A stretch of 64,000 nt of DNA from Phyllosticta citribraziliensis (lineage: Eukaryota), in NCBI RefSeq assembly GCF_038025025.1, contig NW_027117339.1, forward strand, positions 2,604,001 through 2,668,000, in the 5' to 3' direction. The notes below the pieces were generated by a model, which saw only the letters and a list, made by a program, of their open reading frames with translations, did no database searches and was not told the DNA's origin. Every line of letters begins with the position of its first letter. The stretch's first letter is position 1. Positions 11,530-24,890 of the stretch are shown piece after piece. The translations under genes were made by a program, and so were the position numbers.

Positions 11530-14500
11530 TGTGAGGGTTGGTAGGCTTGGTGTGGTTTGAGAGTTGGTGGAAGTGGGAGGATGTAGTAGTTGTTGGGAGA
11601 CGGAGAGAAGAGAGGACTGTGTTGATGCTGGAGAGAATGGTGTTGAGGGTATTGGAGAGGGGTTATATATGTAAGTTGACAGACGACTTTTTTATTTTAT
11701 TTTTTGAAATGTTTCCGCAGTATGACCGCTTGGATCGGACGTCTACAATTCCACAGGCGCTAAAGCGGTAGACGCCATGGTACACAGTGAGAGGTCAGTT
11801 CCAACAAAAACATGTATGATACATGTAGCGGGCCGTCAGTAGTACGGCTTTTTCCCGCAATGAGCCAAAAACCATGGAAACCAATCATGGAGGGGGTCGA
11901 CAGAGATTGCGTATTGCGGTGAAAGATCCAGCAACGGGAACAGGGGCCTGCAGCAGTCGGTAGCCGTCCAGCGATTCATCCTCGCGTGGTGCGTTTCTCG
12001 AAGGCGCACTGGCCAAGGACGGGCGGTAGGGAGACGTCGGTTGACGCACTTGATTTGTGGTTTGCTTTTTCCTGTCATTTGTTAGTCCGACATCAACTTC
12101 ATGAACCCTCCCTCGCCCTCGGGACGTGGCGTTGATCTCCCTTCTGGGTTCAGCCTGGACCTCTGGGAGCACAAGACGAGTTACACCTCGACATCGTGTC
12201 CATGGAATCCCGCCGGTGAGATACCTTACAGTACAGTACAGACGGTACCTTGGGTTGGTTCTGGCAGACACATCACATTGCCATTGCTTTCTGGTTTCCC
12301 GCCTGATCGGACCCGCCATCGTTTAAACTTTGCACCGTTGGATAATTCATAGATCGCATCTCGCGACCAACATGGCCTTAGTCATGGGCGCCGTACGATC
12401 TATCGCATCCCGTGAACCAGCGGCCGTGCCGGCAGCAGCAATGTTGCACAAGAATCAACCACCGCACAGGAAACAACGTGAGCTCGTCGCCTCACCGCAA
12501 TCGAATGCTCGACGGCTCTCAGAAAGGGCGGCGAGCCTGTTGTCGAAACGTCGTCGTCAAAACAAAAGCAATCGTGAGCCCACGCGAAGCCCAGGGTGCC
12601 CACCTCAGTACCCGCTGCCCCGACCGTTGACCTCACCTCCCGAGACGCGTCCGTCCATGTCGCTTTTTCCCGCGTCACTCGGCCCAACCCCCCACACATC
12701 AAGAACATGCCATGCACGACATTCCCGGTGGTTTTGATGGAACACGGGGTGACATGGACGACGAAGCTCTGGTCCGCGCCATCCCGTTCGCCCTGTTCTC
12801 CTCACCAGTACCTGACCTGGCACACGGAACCCTCCACCTGGCGCTGTGCACGAAGCTGCGCCCCATGGCAATACCAGGCCAGTTCCGTCCAGGATAGATA
12901 CTCGACTGCAGTTGACTCCCAACCCATTGGTTCCCTCGAATTGACGACATGCCATACACAGCCAGCGCCGATGCCGGCTCCCCGACGACTAGTCAGTTGG
13001 CTACAGCATGAAAGCACACAAGAACACTGAAATTGAAGTTGGTGGCCAGCTCCACCTGCTTGTAGTTGCACTGATGTCGTCGTCCGCTGGGTGTTGAGAA
13101 AGAGCACCCAGATGTGCCCTAGGTACGGCCCGGCTGCCGCTTGCATCCCCGGCCGTCGTCATCGGACAAAATCGAACCGCTATCTCCAGACGGGACCCAC
13201 ACCGCCTCTTGCGATCCGTGGGCCGTTTCCACTCGCGGCTTCCCATCTACTTTGCTGTTGCGGTTGGCTGCGAGACGCATTGCTTTTGAACCTCAACACC
13301 ATCGACAACGGCTGTAGGGTCGGCTCGCAAGCTCCGACATGGCCAAGAGATCTGCCGCGCGGCACGAACCACGATCTCGCAGGGCAAACACCGTCGAGCC
13401 ATTTCTTTTTCTCCATTAGCCTTTTTCATTTTTTCCTACGCCATATCCGATTGGAACCATATCAACCTATCCGCGAACAAGAACTCGCCATTCAGCTTTT
13501 CCCTGCAATCCACCGCTCAGTGGCCCAATTTTTTCGAGCGCGCCTTTGCTGTCTTTTCCCACACAATCCGGGCAGTTCCGGCGCTTTGTACACCACGGCT
13601 GATGACGAAGCAAGTCACCGGCTAAGTGATTGGCTTCTGATTTGTCCACATGTTAAGATTCACTCAAGTCAAACCTCGAAGATGGGTGCCGGCCGGAAAT
13701 TTTTTGCGTAGCCACCCTGATCCACTTGGTATGCCGCAAGTAATGACCTATCGTATGTCCTCGGAGTCCGGCGAGTTTGTGGAGAATGCTGTTTCTGGTG
13801 GTGACGGAGCATCGCGCTCTGGCCAGCCGATCTAAAGTCACTGGGAATCGAAGCAACGGCCCCTCGGGAGATTGTCATCCACTCACCCTTTTGTCCGACC
13901 GTTGGATCTTCAGAGCTCGCAACGCTCTGCAGCCTCGATCCAAGTGCTCGGTCAGGACCCACGTTACTCGACGTAATCACACAGAATGGACAACGAGCTC
14001 CGAACCAGGTCTTCCTTTTGAAAATTGGCAACAGCGTGCTCAAAGAAATGTCGAAACCGCAAGCAAAAGTGACCAAAACACAATGGAGGAGGAGAGTTTG
14101 ACACCAACAACATGGCCGAGGTTCCTGCAAGTCTGCCGTTTGGAGCTTTGTGGTACGCTGACAGGGGGTCAATGATCGTTGGACTTCCAAACCACGCACC
14201 TGTGCTTTCCCACTTACCAACAAGGGCAAAATTAGCAATACCTTCGGTGTCCTGCATGTAATACCAGGAAACCGTTCAACCAGGTACGTATCCCTGTCAC
14301 AAAAGGTACATGCATACACCCCACACTATCCACCCAGGTATGATCACCATGTGCTATGACAGTTTGATTAGATTAGTCTAGAAAGGCATGTCTACTTCAC
14401 CGCCTGCTTGAGTCAGAAATGGCCCCTTGAAGCAACTCGAAACCCATAGTCTTGTACGACTGACTCGACGCTATTTGATGCATTCTACAATTTGGTATCC

Positions 14501-17272
14501 AGCATCAGTGCTTCTTCCAAGGCACTCCAAATCGACTACTGCTCCGGTTCCGCTACCAGCGACAAGACGCGTTGCCGCATGTTGTACGTCTGCAAAGCAC
14601 TTCCGGATCTTGGTCAAGTCGTGAACCCGCTTTCCCAGCAGCTATGCGGTCGGCACCTCTCTGTCAGTCTTGCGCTGCGCTTACAAGCGAGACAGGGCAA
14701 GCGCTACGCGCCAGATGACCCGCTTTGGCGCTTGTGTCTTACGAGATATGCACCTGAACCGGGGCTTTGGGAGTCATAACCGGGAAATATGTCTGGAAAT
14801 ATGAACCGGCCCCACTCGATTCTTCTGCCAAGTGGCTGGGTGGAACTAATACAGTGCAGGGGCGTCTCAAAAGGCTACTTGCGTCAAAAGGACATGGCGC
14901 ATTCTCACGGCGGTTTGCAATTTGTTCGATATCCTGCATGACGTCTCCTGTCGACCCGCAGAGCCGCAGTCTCGGATATCGTGTACAACAAATTTCGGAC
15001 TCGGTTTCTTCAATCGTCGCCAACAGCAGGAAAGCTGCATGGCGTCCAAGCAGGATTGAAAAATTTCAAACATTCCAGAGGCCTCTGGGAGCAAGCTCCG
15101 GAAGAGTTTTGAATAAGCTGCCCCCGTCGACGCACTGCATTCACTGGGAAGTCTCATCCTATCTCGATTTTTGAAAGCTCCCAGTTGGTGGAGATTGCTC
15201 CGGGCCAACGCATTGATCCGGTTGGTGCAAGGTTTGACACAAACCAGTGACTGCTCTGATGCCGCTTTGGAACGTAGCTCTACGGCGGTTGGACAGACCC
15301 ATCGAACCACCGTCAACGGCTCAAGCTCCACTGGCGTACCGGCGGCAAAAAGCTCACAGCGTTTGCAAAAAGAAAGAAAACAAAGGAGGGAAATGAAAAA
15401 GAGAAAAAAGTCGGGAAAAAAAAAAGTCACCCCTGTCACTCCCCTGAACCGTTACACACCCGTGTCACCACGTCCCGGCCCGCCGGTTCGCGCCCTCGGT
15501 CCCTGAGCCGCGCACCGACCTCATTCGATGGCACTCCGAGAGAGGAAAAAGAAATTATACCCTGCTTTCTTCGCCAGCTCACCGTTTCTCGTTCCAACTC
15601 AAAGGCCCAACTAGATGCCTACGTACATGGCGCGCGTCCCGACTGGCCGGCTCTCGTCCCCAAGCGCGCCTCGATTTATTACTCCATGCATCAATCCACA
15701 TCCACACCGCCATGTGTCTCTCTGTCTCTCATCTCTTTCTCTCCTGTCGACTCTTTTCTTGCCTGCATATAAACCTCGTCGCCGCTCGCTTTTAAGGCGT
15801 CCTCCAAATCACAGCGACCCGTCCCGTACCCGCCCCGTCATGCCATGCCATGCAATGCATCCAGCTTACCAGGCAACAGCAGCAGCCGCAGCCGCCGTGG
15901 CAAACCAACATCGTATGTAGGTATCTGACCCTCTCTTTCCCCTCTCAAACCCCCCCGCGCGCCTGTGCAACCAAGCTGCGTCCTCGTACTTCGCACCTAC
16001 ATGCGGCATCGGTTATGCATGTATATACGTATCGCAATATCGTCGCAACGCTTGCTTGCTTGCCTAGCACACGTCAGCGACCAAGGCCAGTCAGCCAAGC
16101 TCGGGAATCGGAACTGTCCAATTGTTGCGAGGTTTGATGGTGATGACGACGACAACGGCGACAATGTCGCTTGAGCTGCACATGCAGCCGCCCACCGCAA
16201 CGGTCTGCAAAACTGCCCAAGGAGACATGCCGCCAGGTCGCCTTTCCTTCCTTGTGCTGCTGCTGTCGCCGCCGCCGCCGCTGCTCCTGCAGTGCAGCGA
16301 GAACAATTTCCTCTGTCACGTCATTGCTGTTGCGACACTCGCCTACGCACGTCGCTCAATCTGATTGCATCTCTCTGGCTGGAGTGTACTGTGCATTTGG
16401 CAGACGACGCAGAAGCATGCAAGTGAGCGAGCAAGCAAGCGCTTGCGATTAGTGACTCCTGGCCCGTAAGGACAGAAGACAGCGCCCAGTTACCATCAAG
16501 CGAAGCAGGCTCAGTCAACCAGAAGCTACATCTCCTTAGCCAGAGGGTACTGGGGAGCATTCGTGGCATTTATGCATATTTCCAGGCCTGTAGAGGAGCT
16601 GAGCAAGCAACATTCATCGGCTCCAACATGCCAAAGCCAGCAGCATTCTGTGAGCCACGACTTTTGCGAACATGCCTTGGTCAAGCAGCCAACCTCTCCG
16701 TTCCTCTCTTCAAGCCACACCCAACAAATCCGCCGCAGAAACACTGTCTTGTCGCTTACTTCGTGGTAGCATTTTCGTTCTCTTCATGTGCGCCGACTGC
16801 CCGACAAAGTTTATTGAATACGTGAATCAGCCGCAACAAGCGTGCCGCAAAATGTCGCGTCGACTGAGCGCGGACGATGTCGACGAGACTGCTGCGAAAG
16901 TCGTGTTGTAGCTCATCACGAATAGACCGTCACGCTGAGAGCAAGATAGGTGTCAAAGGGTGTGGAAGCTCTCTGCGCACAGTTGCTGTGCATAACGACA
17001 GTTCCCTGAGCGCAGCGGGCAGCCATGGTGGTCATCGACTTAGCAATATGAACAAATACAACTTTGTGGTGCGGCATGCTGCAACCTATACACTATTTTC
17101 ATCCCCAGCCCACCACGCCGTCCATCCGCTCATGGTGTCAATCTGACCCAATCCCAATATCCAGCAGCATGAACGCGCTTTGGGTCTGTCTGACATGCGC
17201 GCTGGAGCCAACATCAAAGAAAAATCAATCAACCCCACAACGAAACCATCCCAGCGTCAAAACGGCAGCACT

Positions 17273-20200
17273 CTACGCCGCCGCCTCAGGCACCGCAGTA
17301 GCGGCCTGCTTCTCCTTCTCCGCCTTCTGCGCGGCCTCCTTCGCCTGCTGCTCCGCCTTGGCGTCCGCCGCCGTTTTCGGCGTCGCCGCCACGGCCTCCT
17401 TCGGGCTGACCGAGGCAACCTCTGCTATCATAATGCTCTCGACGCCCTTGGCTAGCTGCGCCTCCTTCTCGACCACGAAGCGCTTGGTGATTTTGACCAG
17501 CAGCACGCCCTTGCTCTGCACGCCGTTGTGGTCGAAGACGTGGATGAGGCGGTGGCCCGGAGCCAGGCGGTCGAGGCGGAACGCCGCCCAAGCGGCCAGG
17601 TCGTCGTGACCAAACTCGTCATCGAGAATTTTGAAGCTGTGAGATCTTGTCAGCCGTGAACTCAAACGACAAAAATGACGATAATGGCTCTGGTCGTGCG
17701 TCATGTGCTGGGATGGGGCAATTCTTGTGTGACGGGTGGATGTTTCCGTCAGTACATGTGCAAGGCGACGCGACAGGAAGATGCAAAGATGGCCAGAGGC
17801 AACACAAGATGCGAGTGGTGCAATCGCGGAGCAGGTTTGCGGTGCCCTGCCTGTCGGCGTCATCCGGTGAACCTCAGGGGGAACAGGTCCAGGTACGCAG
17901 CCGTGACGACCTGTGGTGACTTGAGGTCACGCTAGGTTGGCAAGGCGTGTACCCTCATGTGTGTCTGCTTATGCTGACACCCGCACAGCTGTCACCGTCG
18001 CCGCGGCAGCTTCCTTCCCGTTGTGCCTGGACTGCGTGTGCGCCGGCCCGATCCGCACGCGCATCCCTGAGGCAGACATGCCCAGTGGACGGACCGGTCA
18101 AGATGAATCAGATCAGACCGTGTCGGCATGACCGCAGGAAGCGCGGTTGTGGCAGTGAATGTGGTGGCGGCCGTGGCACCGGCGACCGCGGCAATGCAGC
18201 AAGTGCGGGTGACACAGAAAGTATATTCGCCCTTGGTGGTGTGCGAGATGGAGGCCGCAAGACTCCAAAAAAGCGGACACTGCAGTTGGCAACAAGTCAA
18301 GCTTGCACCGCCGGCCAACACCGTACGCAAGCGCGGCATTTTGGCGCCTGGGACAAGTGGGAGCAACATGAGTAATGTTGCGACTGCTGCTAGCACAGAG
18401 ACGGGTGTGTGCAGCTCAACAAAGTGGGTGTGAAGAAGAGGAAAACGTGCTCCGACGATGAAAGCCGACTTACCGGACAAAACTCAACTCTGGTGTCACT
18501 CCCGGGACCTGCTCGAATTTGAGGATTTCTCTTCCAAAATCAGGATCTGAGCCCCTCGCAGTCTTGGTTCGCACTTTGTGCTCGCCCTCTTTACTCTTGC
18601 CGCCTCCTGGCACTGGAGCTCCGTGACGCTCTTCTGGCTTCTCTACGTGCAGTTCACATTTGATGTAGGGACGGAAACCCTTGTCTGTCTTGGCCTTGTC
18701 GCTCTCGGGCCACGGAATGTCCTGGCCAGCAAACACTTCAATTGTCAGGTCCAAGGTGCCGTAGTTGAGGGCGTGCAAGTGGCGTTCGGCAGGAGAATCG
18801 CTGCGGTATCCAGGAGGTTTGAGGACCCAGCCCCCAGTCGAGGCAAACATGCCCTCATTCAGCATCATGCCTTCGTCCCATTTCTGCCAATTCAGGGCGA
18901 CCACTTGGACACCTTGACGCCAAAAGAGGGGAGGATCCAAATTGGACGACGAGATTCGAGTACCCTTTGGGTACGCCCTCATGAAGTATTTCTATGCCGA
19001 GTTAGGACGTTAGGACCCCGACAAAAGAGCGAACAGACCACTTACTTTGTTGTGAGAGAACAGTTCGACCGGGGATTGCTGATGCGCTTCCATGAGACGG
19101 CCTTCGGACAGGGAGAAAATGTGGGTGGGGATAGTTGCCTCTACAGTGACAAAATTAGACCTTTCCCACGACGGCAAGGATAGGCACTTACCAGGAGAAG
19201 TAAAACCATTGAAGTGACAGCCCCGGGTGTACACGCCCAACTTGCTCAGGGCCTCTATTATTTTGGCCTTCGGCTTCTTCTTCTGTTCCGGCGAGGCCTC
19301 GTCGGAAGAAGAGCTGGATTCGAGCTTTTCAAGATCCTTGGTCTCGTTTTCTTGTGTCTCTGGCTCAGCATCGTGCTTAACAGGTGAGTACTTGACCTTG
19401 ACCAGTATCTTGTGGAACAGCTCTTTCAGCGTTGGGAGGCGCAACTTGTCGGGGTCCTCCCAGTCGGCGTTTGAGATGTTTTGCACGAGATAATCTTTCC
19501 AAGTCTCCAGCATGATTTCGACCATTGATTCCTGTTGCTCTGGGCTGGTGTGGACCTCGAGGCTGACGATGACAGGAAGTTGGCTGGTTTCGTCAGCTTT
19601 CAGATCCGGGCGTAGAGCATCTGTTGGGCACTTACGAGCTCACAAAGGCATAGTCACGAATCGTCTCGCATACAGCTCGGAACGGGATATCCGTCGTCGC
19701 AGTGTAGCCGTGGTAGACTCGAGGTTCTGGGCGCGAGTTCGTGCGCTCTGGTTTCAGATTATCCTCTTTGCCAACGGGCGAAGCCTCCTTTTCGGCTTTT
19801 GGGCTGGCCTGCTTGGATTTGACGCTCTTCTTCCTCCTGATTTTGGACATGAGCTTTGCCTTGAGGCCGGTCTTTTCCTGTCCTTCGCCCTCATCATCGC
19901 TCGAGCTTGAGTCGGAATCAGAATCGTGGCCGTCCCAGACGTCTACTTCAACGCAACGGCAACCTCGAAGGAGAACCTGATTGTGGTTGTCAGCATGTCA
20001 CGTGGTTTTGAGTGTCCAGTGGAACTCACATTCTTGTACGCATCGGTACTCGATTCGCTGTACAGCTGATTGCCGGTCAAGTAGGTATTGTGGCTGGAGG
20101 AAATGAAGTAGTTGGAGATGGGAAAGCTTATGTCCAAAGGCTCGGGAGGGGCCAGAGCGTTTGCATGGTGACTTTGCAAATATTGTTGGAGATGGTCGGG

Positions 20201-20500
20201 CGAGAAGCGGTCATGGTTGATGGGGATGGGATCCTGGGCATGCTGCTGGTGGGTCTTGAAGAAGTCGGACAATCCCTGTTTCTTGGACAGCTCAAAGTCC
20301 TTTTCCAACTCTTTGAAGATGGCCTTGACGTGGGTTGCGAGGGCCGGGTTCAGGTGGTCTACTTTCTGGGCATGCTCGATGGTGTAGCTCGCGGTTCCGC
20401 CTCCAGCTTGGGCTTCGGCGTTTGCGACGGTCGTCTCCTTTTTCTGGGTCGTCTCTTGGACGGATCCTTGAGGCAGCGTGGTGGACAAGTCTGCCGGCAT
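17273..20500 (-). CDS. Phosphoinositide-specific phospholipase C (X, Y and C2 domains), multi-exon
   Basis: X box [16 protein letters not shown] and [14 protein letters not shown] box [26 protein letters not shown]2 domain [39 protein letters not shown], split by a long intron at 17637-18473. Confidence 0.9.
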
Positions 20501-20647
20501 TGTTTACGAGGTCAAGAAGGGGCACAGGTCTGTAGGTAGTGTAGGTAGGTGGCTAGGGAGATGGGTGGTTGAGTTGGAGGTAGGAGGCTCGGCGGGTAAA
20601 GCAGGCGGGAGCTTGTTGGAAGGCCAAGCTTGGAAGCTACAAGTGCT

Positions 20648-20672
20648 CAGGTCCAGGTCCAGGTCCAGGTCC
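20648..20672. repeat. (CAGGTC)4 microsatellite
   Basis: caggtccaggtccaggtccaggtcc read directly. Confidence 0.8.
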
Positions 20673-21058
20673 CGTCTTTAGAGGGGCCTCACGTGGTACG
20701 TGACAAGTTCAACCTGCTCAAAGGGTTCGGCCTGAGGGATCAAGTTCATGACGAGTCAGAGGCATGGGCCTAGATGTGGAGTGGAGTAGAGTGGACGGTG
20801 TTTCGTATCAAGGTTGGCCGCAGCGGCGCACGTCTTCTGAGCCACCGGACAAAGTTACGCGCCTTGATTGACAGTGTTATGTTGGTCAGACTGGCGCAGT
20901 TGGGCCGGAGCAAACAGATTGATTCAGTTGGCCTTGTTGAGTGCCACGTTCATGTTCCTTTGGGCCAAGAAAAGGGACTTTTACGTCATCCCACTTCCCC
21001 ACACCACCACCAGCTCCTCCCCACCAACACCCACCACCACCAACAACAACCGCCGTAC

Positions 21059-21385
21059 ATGTCTGCCAGCCAAGCTGAGAGCCAAGTCCGTAGCTGGGGC
21101 TTCTCCCACGTCTTCACTTGGAGCGACGGACCGTTCGTATTCTCTGCCCTCCGATTCTGCACTCCTCGCTGACGGTTGCCTAGAAACGCCCATTACCCAC
21201 CGCACAAACACAATGACCTCACAACCCATCTGATACTCGACGGCGAGCTCACCATAGCCTACCCCGACGACCCATATCCAACAAAAGAGACGTTTGGTCC
21301 TGGTGCACGCCTCGACGTTGACGCAAATCGCCTACACGAGGTTTGGATGGGCAGCACCGGCTGTACATATGTCATTGGGGAATGA
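21059..21385 (+). CDS. Small cupin (RmlC-like) protein, 2 exons
   Basis: MSASQAESQVRSWGFSHVFTWSDGP / NAHYPPHKH..TTHLILDGELTI..GARLDVDANRLHEVWMG..GCTYVIGE; intron ~21133-21183. Confidence 0.85.
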
Positions 21386-22842
21386 GACTGCTCGTCAGTT
21401 GGACCTGTGTCTCTTCTTCGCGCCCGTGTCGTGCGAGACTCTGGTCGCCTGCCATTTTCCAACATGGTCCCAGGTGCGTTCAATACTCGAAGCTGTCACG
21501 TTTCATGGCTCCCCACCCGCGTCGATCTGTTTGGCAGATTCGTCTCAGGATTCTTTCCGCGCGCAAGCGCTTCCATCCTACGACCAGCTCTTTGGGTCTG
21601 TCAATAAGGTGCTATGACGGATCAGATGCACCTTGTTTCTGATAGGGTTGGTGGATCGGCGTGTCCGTCATTCATTTAGGTTTAAAGAACAAGCCTCCCG
21701 TGTCCGATGACACCTGACAGCTCTTGACGGTGATGGGCACGTTCTTCAAGTCTCTGGGGCCTCGATGCAATGCGCCGTCGGGGGACAATCGGGAATTGCT
21801 GGTGCAAGGCTTTTCGAGATTTCGAGAAGAGAAGCGATCAGGTCTGTTCCTTGGCAATGGTTTGAAAGGCATACCAAGCTTCTTTGCAACGTGCGGCCCA
21901 TGCGCCATCACATGCAGGGGGTCGTGAGCAAGCTCTACTTGGCAGCAACGTTGTTCGCGAAAAACGGCTACACAGGGCGTTTTATAGCCAATTTGAGTGG
22001 ACGACGGAATACTATCAGGCCCGCGCCTAGCAAATGATGAAACGTGCGAAGAAGGCTGAATCCTGAGAGAACAGAGGCTCGGGAGAGGCTTGCCGCGCTC
22101 TTCGAGACCGTCGGCGGATTTTGTGAATTCATGCCAAACGTCGATAGAAGCAGCAGCATGAGGGCGCATTGCCGTGGTAACTGGGTGTTGCCGGCACGAA
22201 ACCCGCATGCGTCAGAGAAGCATGATCCCCGACCGTCTAGGTTGTGGATGCATGCAAGCTTGCGGGAGTGCTCCGGACGTTGTCCCTGGCGTCGACGGGG
22301 AAGCCCTGTCGGCAACGCGCGAGAGTTGTCCCGCTTCATGCCGATTGAAAAAGTGGTTGAAGACGGTTTCGTCGGTGGTCCAAGTCTCTGGCATTGTCAG
22401 TAGGGGTGGCTCTGGCTTTGGCTTTGTTTGCTCCCTGGTGGCTCAGGGAATGGCAGAAAATGACAATCGGACTGGGAGCAAAAGGAGCCACGGCGGGAGG
22501 TTGCGTCAGGTGGAGCGCGTAGGAAATGAAGATGCGTCTTTGTGTGAAGGTGTTTCAGCCGTCGACCGGCGGAGAGAGAGGCAGGCCGTAACGATACGCC
22601 GGAAGAGGCGTGTAGCGGCGAATCAGGAGGGCGGCCGCCGTTGTTTACCTCCTACCTACCTACAGTACGCTTCGGTACATCACTCTCCTCCCTCACCCCC
22701 CGACACCTGGACTCTGTGCGCTTTCTGAACCCTCCGCTCCTGCCACCACCTCAGCTCAGCTCAGCACCGCACCGCAACCTTAGATGTGTCGCCGACTCTT
22801 CCGTTGCCGCATTCCCTCCCTCCGACCCGGCCCGCGTCCGGT

Positions 22843-23922
22843 ATGAACTCGAGGCTGTGGGATTCCTACCACCAAAACGATGCCCCTCGCACTCCTACAC
22901 ACACCATGCCCTCCACCAACCACCACACCAACGGCCTCTACGAACAATCGCCCTCGCCCTCTCCCCTAGGCGAGCTGACCAACGGCGCCAACCCCACCGT
23001 CTCGCCCTTTGCCAACCCCTCCAAACCCACCTCCAAAGTCATCGAGCGCCTCACTGCCCACAATGATCGCCTCATTCGAGACCTCAATGCCGAAAAGGCA
23101 AAGACTCAGGAGCTCACCGAAAACATTCGCGCCCAGAAGAACGTCGTCGAGCAACTACGCGAGGAGAACAACAGTCTGAGGGCTGCTGCAGAAGCCGCCG
23201 AACGCACACGCAAGTCGCGAAAGGAGTTTGAAGAGTCGCTCCGGAACCAACTCAAGGCCGAGGAGGACAGGAGGAGACAGGCCGAAGCCCAGGCCACCGG
23301 CATGAGCCTGCAACTAGGGCAAGCCCACTCGGATCATCAGCGAGAAATTGCTACTCTGAAAAAGGAGAACAACGACGAGTTGTCCAAGGTGAAGAGGGAC
23401 AATGTTCGGGAAGTCTCCCATCTGCAAGAAGACCTTACCGAGGCCCGCGAACAAACCCGACTCTTGACCGAAAAGAACCACTACCTCGACAACCAGCTCA
23501 AGTCCAACCACGGCATCTACAAGCAAGAGGTGGCCAAGCAGAACAAGGTGCTCAAGGAGCTCAGGGACTACCGAAGCCGTGATGTCAAGAAGCTCGTGAC
23601 GGTAGAAGCCACAAGCCAAGCACACGATGTCATTGTTGGCCAGATGCGGCAGGAAATGGAGCGCAAGGACCACTTCCTACAAGAACTCAAGCATCTCTAT
23701 GCCGCTTCAAAACTCGAGTGGGAGGAGTCGATGAAGGCGTACAAGGACGAGGTTGAGCAGGAAAGGCAACAATTGACGGGCGAAGCCGCCAAAATGCGAC
23801 AGAAGCTGTCGGAGCACGACGCCATCGCCGATAGGGTACTACCAGAGGCCGAGGAGACGATTGCATTCCTTCGCTATGTCAAGAATCTCCACCTCGGCGA
23901 TACGGCGCATCATAGAAACTGA
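22843..23922 (+). CDS. Coiled-coil protein (She3-like filamentous-fungal family, tentative)
   Basis: Single ORF with a S/P-rich N-terminus, then KVIERLTAHNDRLIRDL and a long E/K/Q/R-rich heptad region. First ATG at 22843. Confidence 0.7.
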   Translation: MNSRLWDSYHQNDAPRTPTHTMPSTNHHTNGLYEQSPSPSPLGELTNGANPTVSPFANPSKPTSKVIERLTAHNDRLIRDLNAEKAKTQELTENIRAQKNVVEQLREENNSLRAAAEAAERTRKSRKEFEESLRNQLKAEEDRRRQAEAQATGMSLQLGQAHSDHQREIATLKKENNDELSKVKRDNVREVSHLQEDLTEAREQTRLLTEKNHYLDNQLKSNHGIYKQEVAKQNKVLKELRDYRSRDVKKLVTVEATSQAHDVIVGQMRQEMERKDHFLQELKHLYAASKLEWEESMKAYKDEVEQERQQLTGEAAKMRQKLSEHDAIADRVLPEAEETIAFLRYVKNLHLGDTAHHRN

Positions 23923-24430
23923 TGGGCGATCCGACTGCAACACCATGGTCGGCGTCCAAATCTTTGCCTCGGACTGCAAGCACCTCGGTGGGTCCACGCG
24001 TCGCTTCCCCATCATCGCTTTGCTGAGCAAGCGTGTTTGAAGTCGCGCTTAGCACCATGGCACCATGGCGTTTCATGACGAGTTGGACGCATTCTCCATC
24101 CCGGATCTTTGGGAATCTCATTATCCATCCTACAAACCAAAAATTGCGGGGACAAGCAGGACCACCAGGATACCTTCCTCTTGCCTCCCCCTTAGAGCCA
24201 TCGACCAAACGGCATTAATGAGGTCTCCTCGAGGGCAAAGGAGTTTCGGGCGTTTTCCTACCAAGGCGAACTCGACTGGCGCACTTTTTCTTTCTTTTGC
24301 TTTCCTGTCTGTCGGCCGTGGAAACTCTTCGTCCTAATGGCGCCTTTGTTGGAGCGGTACAGCATGCGTTTCCGCGGGGCATTGCGTTCGTTTTCGGGTG
24401 TTCTGGCCACAGGAACCCTGTTCTGTCTTG

Positions 24431-24454
24431 TTTTTTTTTTTTTTTTTTTTTTTT
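24431..24454. repeat. poly(T)24 tract
   Basis: 24 consecutive T in the intergenic/3' region. Confidence 0.9.
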
Positions 24455-24890
24455 GCTTGTTGGGTTGTTTCGTCCTCGCTGGCGGCGCAGTGATACCATT
24501 ACGAAGGAAGAGGGTGGTGGGCAGAGGAGACGGGATTTACGGATCAATGGATATAGTGTGCAATTGAACACCCACGGCCCTTTTGTACAATAGTCCTTAC
24601 GGGATCCTCTGGCTCGCTTCTGGATACGGTGGGATGAGGAGTGGATTGGGGGTATACAAGTTTCTGACTTGGATGAAAGCCAATGTGTGCCTGACGAATA
24701 CTCCGGGAGCAAACTTTGTTTGTCCAAGTCCTCTTGTAGTCCGTCCGGGAAGCAATCATGAGCTCTACCAAGCCTTGTCACCGAATTGGGTAAAGCGCCA
24801 CAAATTAGCGGCATTTAGGCGTGACTTCGTGTCGACCCGCGCCACTTCAATCAACGCGTCGTTCTCTCACCTAACCAACCCAACCTCAAA

